Source: Callorhinchus milii
Taxonomy: Eukaryota
DNA length: 60,000 nucleotides
Assembly (NCBI RefSeq): GCF_018977255.1
Contig: NW_024704742.1
Coordinates: forward strand, 114,268,001-114,328,000
Direction: 5' to 3'
The notes beneath the pieces were generated by a model. The model was given only the letters and a program-made list of their open reading frames with translations, was not told the DNA's origin and did not search any database. Shown one piece after another: positions 1-12,773 of the stretch (the stretch's first letter is position 1; the number at the start of each line of letters is the position of its first letter). Position numbers and translations under genes: made by a program.

Positions 1-27
1 TCCTCCCAATGTGAAAGTCCCATTGTG

Positions 28-353
28 GAGTCCTGTAGCTCAGTGGTTAGAGCACTCGCTTTGCAAGCAAGAGACCTGAGTTCATTTCCAGGCAGGTCAG
101 GGCGAAACCTTGGGCAAGTTTCCTTACTCCACACGCCTAATAATAATCCCTCCAAAAAACAAAAACAATAATTAAATTGGTCATTTTCAATCTATGACTG
201 TTTGTGGGACATTGCTGTGCGCAATTGGCTGCCGCGTTCGCCCACAAATATACAGTCAACTCACTTTACAGTATATTCTGTGAAGCGCTTTGGGACGTCC
301 TCCCGACGTGAAAAGCGCTATATCAAATGCAAGGATTATTATTATTATTATTA
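28..353 (+). mobile_element. tRNA-derived SINE, short subfamily, full length, young
   Basis: A-box-like tagctcagtgg (36-46), degenerate B-box gagttcatttcc, L2-like 3' tail and (att)n end. Near-identical to the reverse complement of 52479-52745. Confidence 0.9.
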
Positions 354-3300
354 TAAAGGCAGTGTATATATGTGAGTTAGATAGTGTAACACATTACACA
401 AGGATGGTACACACATCAGTTACACTTGCTACTTTAAATTTTCATCAAACTATTCCAGTACTTATTCTCTTACAAAACAAGCCAATAAATTATATCTAAA
501 GTGAACAATATTAGGCATTGGCAAATGATTGTATTAAGAAATGCAAATGTCAATAAGGATATCGATGTATATGTTATACCCTACATCTTCTACTTATCAC
601 ATTGATTAAAATTCTGTTATTCTACTATGTAATTCATCTATTGAAATAAAATGCAGATGGCATCACTGAACACAGCAGGAATAGTTTACTCATTAAAGCG
701 ATCTTCCTTTCCACTAAATCCTTCTCATATGTTCAATGCTGTTTTTTAAACATGTGGAATAAACTAAAATCAATAACATATGGTTCAAATTGAGGGTGCT
801 CAATTAAATTAGTACACTTCTTGAAAAATATTGCACTCCTGAGCATTGTCACTTCACAACTAGTCAAATTATTATGACTTAATTTAAATACATCATGATT
901 AAATATGTAACAGATATCTCCCAGCATCACTGGGTTGGTTTTAAGCTTGTGCAAACATGAATGCTCACTCTATTGTTTGAGAGCCAAACATTACAGCTGT
1001 ATTTACTCAATGTTCAATTAAATGTGTATAAGCTTTAGGGTTAAGTTTATTAATTTGTAGTCAACATTTCTAAATCTGCTATATTCAATACTCATCAATA
1101 ATAATCATGGTTCAGGAATCAAGGAAAACCAAGACACAGTACCACAGAGTGGTGGAATGTGTGCATACACCTGCAACGAGTTTTCAATGTACCAAGGGAG
1201 TAAGTTGATGCCAGGTGCTTCCCTTTGTGTGTGTAATGGGGAAAGAAGGGGAGGAAAAACTACAAATTGGTGGGAATCATATCATGGAATACACTTTCAC
1301 AGCCCTTGGCATGAGATTCAGCATTTGTGGAAACCTGTGCAACTCTTTAATAACATGATCATCTGGATCCAATATCTCAAAGGCTACATTGTGACCAAGA
1401 TCAAAAAAGTCTGACTTCTGGGTTATCACGTTGTCTGATGTCACTTCTGCACCCACGTGAACTGTGTGCATGTAGCTGTAATGACGTTACTTCCTGCATG
1501 AAGTGACACCCGCAGCTCATCACGTACATGGTGTACAGGAAGCGACTTCAACAACAACTTCAGTTGTTTCCTGCGCAAGCACGCAACATGCAACGAAGGG
1601 AGACAGCCAGTCAAGTGTAATGGGATTTACAGTTGACCTGAGCTCTATGTGAACCATGTTCTACTATACTAACAGGGTCATCCGGTATAGATGGATCACA
1701 GAAGAATGAGAGGAGTGAAAGAGAAAATAAAATAACTCGAAAGAGAAGTTTTATCTTCCCAAACATGACACATTTAAAGACAATTTATTGAGCAGGTAAG
1801 CTATGAAAATTCTCATGCTTGTTATAAACAATTTAAGGATTTCTTGAAAACACAAGACATGCATTAAAAAAGGTTCACTTCTGTATCAGAATTCTAACAC
1901 TGAATTCAAAGCTATATTCAAAAATAAAATGAAATATGAAGATAGATCACAGAAGGAAACAAAATGTTATGATTATTTTTTCCAAGGGTATCAATTCTAA
2001 AAGCTATAGTGACTTTTCACATAACTAGGATTTTGTAGATTGTGTCTCCACTATTAGTCATTTTGTAGCTGGTAGCCTACAAAATACAGTCACTATATTT
2101 AGTGTTTTTAAATGTCCTTCCAACATAAAAGGTGCTCTATCAAATGCAAAAATTATTGCTATTATTAGAAAATACTAACTGTCTTCTGACTTGACTCTTA
2201 TAACGAAACTATTTTGAGAATCAAGAAGAGCAAACTCTGGTTCTTAATCTCAACTAACCAGACACTAGGAATCTGCTGGGAGGTATGGAATGCAAAGCAA
2301 AAATGAGAGTTGTCACTTTTTACACAGCTTCAAGCAGATAGCTCATAGTGGAGTTGTTTAAGGTCCAGGAGAAGGTACCCATTCTCTTGGGGACAGGATG
2401 TGCATGGCTCATGAAAAACAGGGAGAGTGAAGAAGATCCAACAGAATCCTCAGCTAGTCTGGCCTTTGGAAATATTTGAATTTGCTTGTCTAAACTCAAC
2501 AATAGATTATCCTTCTTTAAAAGCCCTTTGAAGAGCCTTATCTCACATTTTCACTGCTTCTTTTCCTAATGCTGGAGTTCCGTTAAAGCAAAGTGATACT
2601 TCTGCTATGGGTCACAAATATGAAATTTGTCTAAAATAGAAAATCTATAGTTGAATAATTCCAGGGAGTCTGTAGCACAGGTTTGGTGGAATTTCTGACT
2701 GCAAAAATTAACTGACCAAAATGAACCCTGCCTCCCACTCAACCACTGAACCCACTCAAAAGTACAACAACTCTGTCTTGAAACCAGTGAGAAAAGTCTA
2801 TTGTTCCATCACACACAGACCATCTATATTAACTGATCAAATAGACCAAAATCAACTTGGGTTTGTGGAGATGGCCTATATTTTTAATCTATCTACAGGA
2901 TTAAATATCTTTGGCTTCTCTAGAGATTTAACTAAATGTTTCAGGAAAATTGATTTTGGATACAGAAAACCTTCCTAGATTACCATGACTGAACTTCACA
3001 AGCACAAATAGAATAGACAGCTTTAACCTCCTCAGTAGATGTCTCCAAAATCAACCTATTCTCTTTTCGTACAGTATACTTTTGGGGGGTTATTTTCAAG
3101 TGTATTTAATGTCAGAAAACACATTGCTCTAAAGATTGTTAGATTTCATGTATTTAAAGAAGTAAACTCAAACAACCAATGACATTAACAACGCTTACCT
3201 TAATGTACTATGCATTTTAAAATCAAATCAAAATTATTTTAAGATAATTTTTGGCAATAATTTTGCTATGGAGCCACGTAAGTAATTCATTTGCTAAGTG

Positions 3301-5259
3301 AAACAAGGACGCTAGCATTCACTAGGAGGTCAGCTAACTGGACCTCTTGGAAGTATATTTGCTTCCTAGTATTGGTGTTTTTAGATCAATAAAAGTTGTC
3401 TCGTAACCTTAATTCCAACCTTAGTAGCTTAGTCTCTGTAAGATACTTGGTCTTGAAAATACATCGATCTGATTGATCAAGCTGGTTTAAAAAAAAGCAA
3501 AAAAGGAGGCAAAGCTTTCAAGAAGGCAGATGGGATCTAGTGAGTGCCATCCAACAGATTTCTTAATAAAAAATGTTAAATCAGTACATTTCTAAAACAT
3601 TGAAGAACATTTGCTTCAGCACATTCTATGTTTTAGAAATTGGGTACACATTTCTTATTAAAGATTTTAATATTATAGATAATTCTAAGCATACTGCTTT
3701 TCAATAGAAGCTTTTGTCGAATGAGGGAAGTCTATCACAATAAGTGCCCATTAAAATAAGCGCTAATTAGGTTACAGAAGTGCCACCTTAGCATTCAATG
3801 GCAGATCTGTGGATGCATATCACATCAACATTATAACATTGACAAATTAAGTTAAAGTACAAAGGTGTAAACATTTCTTTCTGCAAGATTGGCCACAAGC
3901 CTCAATGAAAATGCATCTCCCTGGTAATGAACATGGTTTTCATTTGTATCAGCTGCACCACTGAGCATCATCTGGTTCAATAAAGAGGAGTCATTTAAGC
4001 AGAGGTCATTTTCCATTGGTGGGTTTCGCCTACAAACACAGTCACTACACTTTACAATAAAAAAGAAATCTTGTGAAGTTCTTTGAGAGATTTTAACGTT
4101 AAGTCAAAGTGATATATCGAAGGCAAGGATTGTTATTATTGTTCAGTTCAAGAACACTGGATGATAAATATTTAATTTGTCAAGGCCATCAAATTTAAAG
4201 CAGTCTCAATTGTCTTTTCATATCAGTATTATTTGTATGGCAGAGGTACTAATATACTGAGGAGATGGCCTCAGTAGTATAACTAGAATTCCAAATGGAA
4301 AAGACAGTGGCCTCAGGGAAGAAGGCTGTGATGGAGTCAGAGAGTCACAATGGTGGTTTGGGGGACATGGGTATAGCCTCAGAGGAGAAAACAAGAGTTT
4401 GACAAAAGGACAAGATGAGAATGCGACTGTGAGGGTACTGTAATCCATGCTGATCTGATCTCAGCTGTGCTGCTCCAGGGAAGTACTGAGACTGACACTT
4501 TCTCATATCTCTCAGGCTGCTCTCAAGAACTTAAGAATGCATGAAATCAGAAAAGGCAGTTCAGTCCATCAAGTGGATATATAGGGGTTTAACATTTGCA
4601 AAGCAGAATTAAATAAACGACAGAATCATAGATTCCAGAAAAGGGAGACCACATGTGGATCCATTATTTCAGACAATTCTAAGAAACTGCCCAGTGCTTG
4701 CCTGTAATAAGAAGGCAAACAAGGTTCATTGGGAACATTTCCAAGCAGATTAGTCTAGCATTTTCTCAAACGTTATGTCAAGTCCAGGTGTTTCTCCACC
4801 CAGCATGAGGTTTGGAATAGCTTGAAAAGTCTCATAAATAAATTATTATTGCAGTCCTGAATCATGTGCTGCAAGTTGTGAGCTTCTAATGCCATATTCT
4901 AAAATACACTGTACAGAAAGTAGAGGCACATCTCAAACAAAACAAGAGATTTATACCTTCCTGACAAGATTCCTGCATGTCCAAATAAATAACACACACA
5001 AAATGAAAAAGTACATAGTCCTCAAACTTCCAGTGATGTTATAATTTGTTACATACTCAAACTAAAGCAACTCAATTTTATCATGAACTGTCCGCTGAGC
5101 CCTTGCAATACAGGCAGAAATTTCCAAGTGTTCTGGTATATGACACTGCAGGCAGTAGATAATACATACATTATTTATCATGCAGTGAATCTTGCAATAT
5201 CTCAGAACAGGAACGTCAAATGAGACAAGAATGCACTAAAGAACAAACATTTTCTTTAC

Positions 5260-5314
5260 CTCCTGGGCTAGGCATGATGGGGGTTCCTGGGGGTCCTCCA
5301 CCTCCAGGGGGTCC
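5260..5314 (-). CDS. SSBP2: SSBP2 coding exon (GPPGGGGPPGTPIMPSPG-), 55 nt, phase 0-1
   Basis: ttttatag|GGA CCC CCT...CCA GGA G|gtaaag. This motif is conserved across the SSDP family. Confidence 0.95.
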
Positions 5315-6199
5315 CTATAAAACAATATTCATTATAAATTAGTACATTCCACAGGAGATAACCTGCTCAACAAAATAACTATAATCATCTTTGAGTTCAT
5401 GTCCATGTTAACTGATCAAGTTCTGGCGATGATCACAAATACCTTTCAACTGATCCAACATTTATAAAGGTTAATCAAAATAATATATTTTATTAAAATG
5501 TAAACCCAAATCCTACTTATCTAATATACTATATATCCATATATATCTATATTGGAGCAATATTTTAAACATAACCTTGCAGGAATCCTCATTATGATGT
5601 ACAAATCGAAGACATGATAAGGAACTATATCAAATGCAAGGATTATTATTATTACAAATGAAATTCTATGGGGTCCATAAAGTAATATTAGTAACAGGCA
5701 GAGAAAGAGAGGTAGGGAGGGAGGGAGAGAGGTGAAAAAAATGGGCTAAGCTGTGTTTATAACATCGCTGCATAATTATACAGCGAGTAGAAAAATATAG
5801 TTTTTCATTCTATGTCTACTTTAAATGTCAGCATGTAAAATACATACTAGGGAACCAGCAAAGGACTTATTCAATCTTGAGGTTCTGCTGATACTTATAA
5901 ATCTCTTAAGCTTCATTCTCATGGCTTGATACATTATCAATGATAGAATGACAGTCATATTCTGGGCATGATATTCTTCTGTAAAATGTTGTGGAATAAA
6001 ACCTATTACTACTGCAGTATGAATCACAAGGTACAATAGCATTTCAATCGTGGGATTTGCAAGTTTCACAATTTAGTTATTCTTAAATTGGAATGTACAG
6101 ATTCAGGAAAAATACAATGTGGTCCACCTGACTGGTTTTGAAGTAAAACAATATCAAACAGTGCTCTCTCTCTCTCTCTCTTCCCCCATACCCCTCAAT

Positions 6200-6432
6200 T
6201 ACCATCTGTCTGTTCAGATGGATGTTAAAATTCCATGGAACTATTTGAAAAGAGAAGGGAGTTTCTGATGTCCTGGCCAACAAACCCAAATAAAATTGGT
6301 CAATCACTTCATGACTGTTTATAGGATATTACTGTGCACAAAATTGATAGCCAAGTTCATCTACACATTATGCAGTCACTAAACTACAAAGTATACTCTG
6401 TAAAGCATTTAAAACATTTTTGAGACATCCTC
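6200..6432 (+). mobile_element. Old DeuSINE-like (SacSINE1/AmnSINE1-type) fragment
   Basis: cagatggatgttaaaattccatggaactatttgaaaagagaagggagtt...gtcctggccaa resembles the Deu core as I recall it, followed by a decayed shared 3' part. Confidence 0.65.
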
Positions 6433-6444
6433 CTGACCATCTTT

Positions 6445-6790
6445 TGAGCTGCGGACAGGAAGATCATGGCAACGCTCTCACATTTCATGCTAACCGATGT
6501 TGCCCATCGGGAAACTCGCAGGGAGTTCCTGGTACCTACCATCCACCTAGTGAGAGCTCAATCCCGCACTTATCGGATATCAAACGACCAACTAATGACA
6601 ATCCTCCTTGGGGGAGGAGTGGGAGGAGTAAGTGGGTCCTCCTTGGAGCTGAACTGGCTCCAAAGTGACATGTTTGGCAACAGATAGTCAGAATTGAGAC
6701 AGCCCTCCGTGGCGGCCTTGGTAGTCCAGCTACATTCCCAACTGGACTGCAAGGGGAAAAAAGTGATGGTCGGGTCCATCTTCACTTATC
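6445..6790 (+). repeat. Dispersed repeat of unassigned family, copy 1
   Basis: Homologous to 31990-32400 (ggagttcctggtacc..atcca, cttatc.gata, tcc/tttgg..ct.a..tggct). Confidence 0.7.
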
Positions 6791-7149
6791 CACAGAGACA
6801 TCTCAAAGCATTATACAGGACATAGTGTAAGTGGTGTGACTGGGTGTATTTTTCCTGGGTAAATTAAGACGTGCAGTCAAGTTGTGAATAGATTCAAAAT
6901 GTGTTCTACTTTGATTCTGCCCATTCTTCCACCAAAGCAGTGCCAATAGCAGTTACTGAGGTTGATGGAAAAAGGCTAACCAATATGATCAGCAGAGAGG
7001 TTGTTGTCGTTTGTGAATTCACCTTTCATTTTCTGCTTCTTGGAATGGAATATAGTAAGAATTAAAAGTTGCTTTTTCTCTTTTTTTAAAAAATCCCTGT
7101 TTTAATAGTTTGCTTTACCTCAAAATATGTTTCTCAAAAATGTAACTTA

Positions 7150-7490
7150 AAGATCAACTTTAACATGACCGTTCGGAATTTAAGGTACAATATTGAAACT
7201 TGCTAACGAGACCAAACAGAGGCAAATTCTCACAAGAATTGTGAAAGTCCAGTGGAGCACTTAGCAAGTAAGATAACTTAGCAAAGTGGTGGTTGGTGGC
7301 TGATATAGTTAAATAGGGGAAAACGTAAGGTTCTTATTTTGGTGACAATAGGGAAGGAAATATACCTTAAAAGATAAGACTTTAAATGGAGCAGAGGGAC
7401 CTTATTGTACAGATATGTGACATTAAAGATGGCAGTGCAGGGAAATAAAGCCATAAATTAAGGAAATTGGAATCCTTAGTTTTATAGAAT
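7150..7490 (+). mobile_element. Strongly decayed CR1 RT fragment
   Basis: Collinear similarity to 32530-32880 (aaacttgctaacgagaccaaa, gcagagggacctt, attaaagatggcag). Confidence 0.55.
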
Positions 7491-10400
7491 TCTTGACTGA
7501 CAATTTATGTCAATGTGATGATTACTGTGGCATATTTTTTACCTCACTGTAACAGTTTCAGGTAGATGTAGATCACTTGTCTATCTAGTCTACTCATCTA
7601 ATTACCAAGTGACTCCTATGACATAGTGATCTCATCATTAAATAAGCCTGAATCCTTTTCATTTCCAGAAACTTGTCCAGTCCTTTATCATAGAATCTTA
7701 AGGCTGCACTGTTTGCCCACTGTTTACTGTAGCATTGCTGAGATTGTGAATAGTCAACGTGAGGGACCCAGCGAAAAACCTGGGTCCCTACCAGTGCTAT
7801 ACTCACCATTTTTGTACCATATATTTATGGATTTACAAGGCTCTCTTGTAATTATAAGTGTGCCAATGTAAGAAAATCAAAAAGGTGAAAAGGTCATTCA
7901 TTCCATCTCATTTGCCTGACCTTTCTAAAAGAAAAAATCCTATTTGAAATCCATATTTCCTTATTCCCTAGGGAATCAAGAAATTGATCCCATTCCTCTT
8001 TCAATACTGCAATTGAGTCAGTATTTACAACATTTGGTAGCAGTCTGATCTCTAAATTAATGACTTTAAGTTATTTGTTAAAACAAAATTATTGTTCTTT
8101 AAGCTTATTCCCTTAGCCAAACATTTCTCCTATCCTGAAAAAAAACATTTCCGCATTAATTCCTTCATTATTTAAAAAAACTGTGCATCATCTTGCTTGA
8201 ATGAGAGTACGGTTGGTTAGTTTCTCTTTACTGTTCAATGGTGTAGAAATTCAAATTTGTGTTGTTCTCCAAATCCTTTGGAGTTGCTTGTGCATTTTAA
8301 TTTCTGTGATTTTTGTACTTATTTTTGTGTAGTAAATTATATTAGTGTTAAGAAAGAAAACTCTTCCAAGTTTGCTCACTCCATGCCAAAATCAAGCACT
8401 CTCAGGTGAAGTACAGTTAGATGTGCATACTATAGGTTCAGATAAAGCAGGTCCTTAGTCTCAAACTCAGTAATATTTAACAATAAACTATTACAATAGT
8501 TTTGGTGCTGGTCCCAGGAAAACCAGGGAATAAATTACCTTCTCTTTATTATCCCATTTGAAACCCTTTACTCCTCAGTGACCAAGTATCAAAGCATGTT
8601 GGATGTAGGTAATGCATGCAAATGGCCCCATTAATATTTACTTTGTGGTTTGAAGAAGCACTTTGCATCCCAAATAAAAACATCTTTGCACTTATCTACT
8701 TCAAAATATCAAGCTAATGAAGTACAAAGCTTGTGCCACAAACATTTTTAAAAAAAGCTTTTCGGAACATTGCTTTTAAAATGATTAAAATGATACATTT
8801 GTAAACACAAATCACCAGCTGTTAAAAATATGGCATTGAGCCAGATTTTCATCTGTGATCTTGAGTCTGGGTCATTAAATTTAGGCTGGTCAGATCTAAG
8901 TTCATGTTTCATGGGGCTAGAGTCACCCCATAACAAACCAACCTAAAAATCACAACATAGGCCATCTTAAGCACCACTGATATTGACAGAATACATAAAA
9001 ATAGCCTTATAATTCACTGAAACAATCATTTCAATGCTGTACCTTGAACAACCATGGAAAGTTATAAAGGTTAAATACACATTTGAGGTGAATTGAGCAG
9101 CGTTGCTTTGCACCAGATATTGCTCGTATTTCCTAACCTGTTTTCTTAAGGAAGCAAATCATGCTATTGTTATGGCTTTGTCCACACTATAGCTCGGAGA
9201 GAAATCAAAATTTAAATTTGATATCAGTTTGGCAAAAGTGGTGGTGTTGATTAAATCCTTTTCAAAACAAAAACAAATCTTTTGAGGAGGGGAATTAAAA
9301 GTTATGGGGGACAGTAGACAGATGATTTAATACTTCATTGAAATACAACCGTTCCTGTGCTGCTGGGGTCATGGAAATGTCACTTACAAACCAACCAGTC
9401 AAGGTTGAATAATGTAGGGTGTAAGGTTAGATTGATATTCTGAAGTTTCCGGAGAATACTTTTGATGGTCTTTTCTCATTCAAGGTTTTCTTATGTTAAT
9501 AGAGCAGTCTGTTTTATGATCTTTTTAAAGGGTTAATGGCCACTGCAAGCCTGCCTCTAGAGGCAATTTGTAATGTAAAATGGATTGTTTTCCAGAAGTA
9601 CCATTAGAGACAATTTTGCTTCAAGTCTGAATTCTCACTATGTCTGCAAAAAGGAGATCCGACTCAAGATTGCCCGTTATCCAGGTCCCTTCCATGGCCA
9701 CTTCCAATAGTTGGGTTTCAGAGAAAACAAAAGAAAATGTTGTCACAAGTGCTCTCTGGAAGTGCACAAGCAATTTAACAGTTTGGATGAACAATAATAT
9801 CATGTGTTTCTGGAACCATAATATAAAAGCAGTAAGTTTGAGCACAACCAAAAAATGGGAGACTTTGAAAGATTTATCCAACTGTGTCCAGTTTGAATAA
9901 TTAATTAGATCAGATTTTTTTAAAAAGGGGAACATTTAACTCGTGAATGTTTTCAGGCAAGCTCAGTTACTATAGCACCGTACGTCATAAACCACAGTCT
10001 AATATTCAGCTGAGCTTTAGACTCTGTGACTCATTAAATTTAGAATTTCAGAACTGAGTCAACATTTGATGGACCAGGGTCAGTTCATAACATATTAGCC
10101 TAAAACATTATTAAACTGAGGCCAGGTTATTCACTCCAATTACACATGGTTTTCAAAGTAATAGCTTATTTGGCTCATGATGTATCATTTAAATCCATTT
10201 GAGCGAAAGGATATACAACACAAACTTGTCACATAAAATTCACATGAGAATATATTTTAGTTTTTTTTGTTTCCACCAATTTATATACAATGCAGTTTTT
10301 AAATTCTAGTTAATTATCTTTTGGTATTCTCTGGATACAGTATAACACAATGAATTGTAAATACATTGAAGTCTACAAAAAACTGTGCTGGCTTCAATAA

Positions 10401-11474
10401 ATCTAAAATAAGGTCCCAATTAAGAGAATTTGACATGCACTGAAATCGCATAAACCTGACAGCTTCCTTCAAAGTCTGTACATTAAATTACTAACCCCGA
10501 CTCAGGTCCCAATAAAAAAAATCATCCATAGAATTAATTTGATCACTAGGTCAATGGCTGGTGGAAGCATGCAGTTCACCTTTGTTGAGACTGACCCAGA
10601 AGCTACAGTACACAGTAGGTTGCCATTAAGGAGTTTTCTCACTTTTTTTTATTTTGATCCAATTTTCTATTTAGGACCCTCTCTTCCTCACCCCTCCCTG
10701 GGCACCGACTGTTTCTTACCCTGTAATGGAGTCTAATTTGCATGGTTGTGTTAACCTTGTGTAAAGAACACATTTACACAGCTGCCCTTAATTAAGTCAT
10801 TGACAATCAATAAAACCATCACTTTAATTACATAGTTTCAGCCACCTGTAATTCCATCTGTTCATGTGCATTTACACATGGTTAACACAAACTGCAATTA
10901 CACCCCCTTTTCCCCCAAACTCCAGGAACTCCAATGTTAGCTGGCATTTACTAGAGGATTTTCCACTAGATTGCTTACTGCAGTTGTACCTTGCACCTGA
11001 TGAAGTTGACAGATCTATCACGTCTGGGTAAAACTTTTAATGACCAGCCTGAATGCAGCAGCAGTGGCTGCCAATTCACCCACAAACAGAATACTAACTA
11101 TTGTGCTAATAGCTTTCTGGGAGCTTGGCAAATTAATTTTCTTCATTTGAGCCTTTCTGACTTGACTTGATTTTAAACACGGAAAAGCCTGTTGCCAGCA
11201 ATATGTTGTTTTTTCTCGTTTATTGTGGAAGACAATTTGCTGCAGCACCATATGCTGTTGCAAACTGTACTCAGGGCAATTTTGACCAGACTGATTACCG
11301 ATCTACTAATGAACATCAACATATGCACTACAGTTGCCAGACAAAACAACCAAACACAAAATCAGATGTTCATTTCTCAGCCAATACACTTGACACTGTA
11401 GTCAACATCTGGCCGACTATTCCACAGTTGAAGAGAACAGAATCATTCCTAACAGAGAATAAAATGCCACTCAC

Positions 11475-11510
11475 CACATAGTTTCCAGGAGATGCTGAAG
11501 AGTATGGTAT
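11475..11510 (-). CDS. SSBP2: SSBP2 coding exon (IPYSSASPGNYV), 36 nt, phase 0-0
   Basis: tttgttacag|ATA CCA TAC...TAT GTG|gtgagt. SSASPGNYV is SSBP2-type. Confidence 0.95.
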
Positions 11511-12286
11511 CTGTAACAAAAAATAACTGTCTAGAGTCCCTTTTTTCTCTTTCAGTTTTGACAGATTAAACCTAAATCCTTAAGAAATTGTGAACAAGTA
11601 ATTCACAATCATAGAACACATCTTAGCATTTATTCAAGGTCGCTTAAATTTAGCCGGAAATAAAATAATATGTATTATTTATTGATGTTTTGGTAAAAGA
11701 AGTAATTTCTTGCCATTCAGGCAATTAACCTGGAGTTTTATAGATTGATGTTAGGTTTAGCATTTGGTCTTGGAGGCCCCAACTCTATTTGGAGTATTAC
11801 TTAAATCAAATAATAATTCATAAATCTTATGCACAGATTGGGAAGTGACTGTAGAAAAAAAGTGTAGTATAAACAAATAACAAATGATCACTAATAGGAT
11901 GCAAGAGCAAACCTCAGTTGACAACCAGTTAGTAATCTCTGTTGATGTGCACACTCATGTAGCTCCTCTATTAAATATGTGCTTGGAAATGTAAAACATC
12001 AGTTTCTTAGGGCTGACCATATGATTAAAAATGGAAATTTCACCAATTACTTTATGAAGGAATTCACATGCAATAATACAATGTGAAAACAGCATTTTTG
12101 CATCTAATTATGTTTGCAAAATAATCTGCCGTCATCCTTAATCTCATCATCTTGTTCAGTGTCATTATAGGAATAATGTCAAGAAGCGCTAAATAGTGGA
12201 AAGGTAAAGAAGCAATATTGAAGGGTTTTATTTACCCAAATAACTGAATGTGAAAATATTCTCTGAATTCTTTATTCTCTAAACTC

Positions 12287-12713
12287 TGAATATCCCTTCC
12301 AGAAGAGTTTAATTTTTCAAGACCAACAATAGTTATTTGCAAATTGAAAAGTTAGCAAGTTATTGCGCTTTTAGTCAGGTGGTCAGCTCCTAAAAATATT
12401 GTTGCTGAAAAATTAAAAGGAAAAATCCCATTAAAAGGTACAGTTCAGATTACAATGCACTTTCTTGCTAATATGGGTGAACGTAGCAAGAGCATGTTCA
12501 TGCAAAGCTCTGATGAACAATTACTGTAATTATTATTGAAAGGTTTATACAACATGGGGAATCATATTTGAATGCTCGTTTCAGTGTAGACCATTTAATT
12601 TTTTTTAAGGGCTACAGGTTTCTTTCTTGCCATGTGAGGATCACATTTCCATTGAATATCCCTTCCAGAAGAGTTCAATTTATCAAGACCAACAATAGTT
12701 ATTAGCAAATTGA
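12287..12713 (+). repeat. 61-bp direct repeat pair (12287-12347 and 12653-12713)
   Basis: tgaatatcccttccagaagagtt...gcaaattga occurs twice with 3 mismatches. Confidence 0.92.
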
Positions 12714-12724
12714 GGTAAGCTTAC

Positions 12725-12773
12725 CGAGTTGGCATTTGGTGGATTTGGCCATGGTCGACCGCCTCCAGGACCT
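12725..12773 (-). CDS. SSBP2: SSBP2 coding exon (-GPGGGRPWPNPPNANS), 49 nt, phase 2-0
   Basis: tgttgcag|A GGT CCT GGA...AAC TCG|gtaagc. The junction codon AT+A gives Ile. Confidence 0.95.

Noticed and set aside
30..100. tRNA-like sequence
   Set aside because: It is a SINE head followed by SINE body and tail, with no complete acceptor stem. It is not a tRNA gene.
2682..2697. Possible next SSBP2 exon (DSTNS...) at tttggtggaatttctg
   Set aside because: The phase and downstream translation do not match DSTNSGDNMYT, so that exon probably lies beyond position 1.
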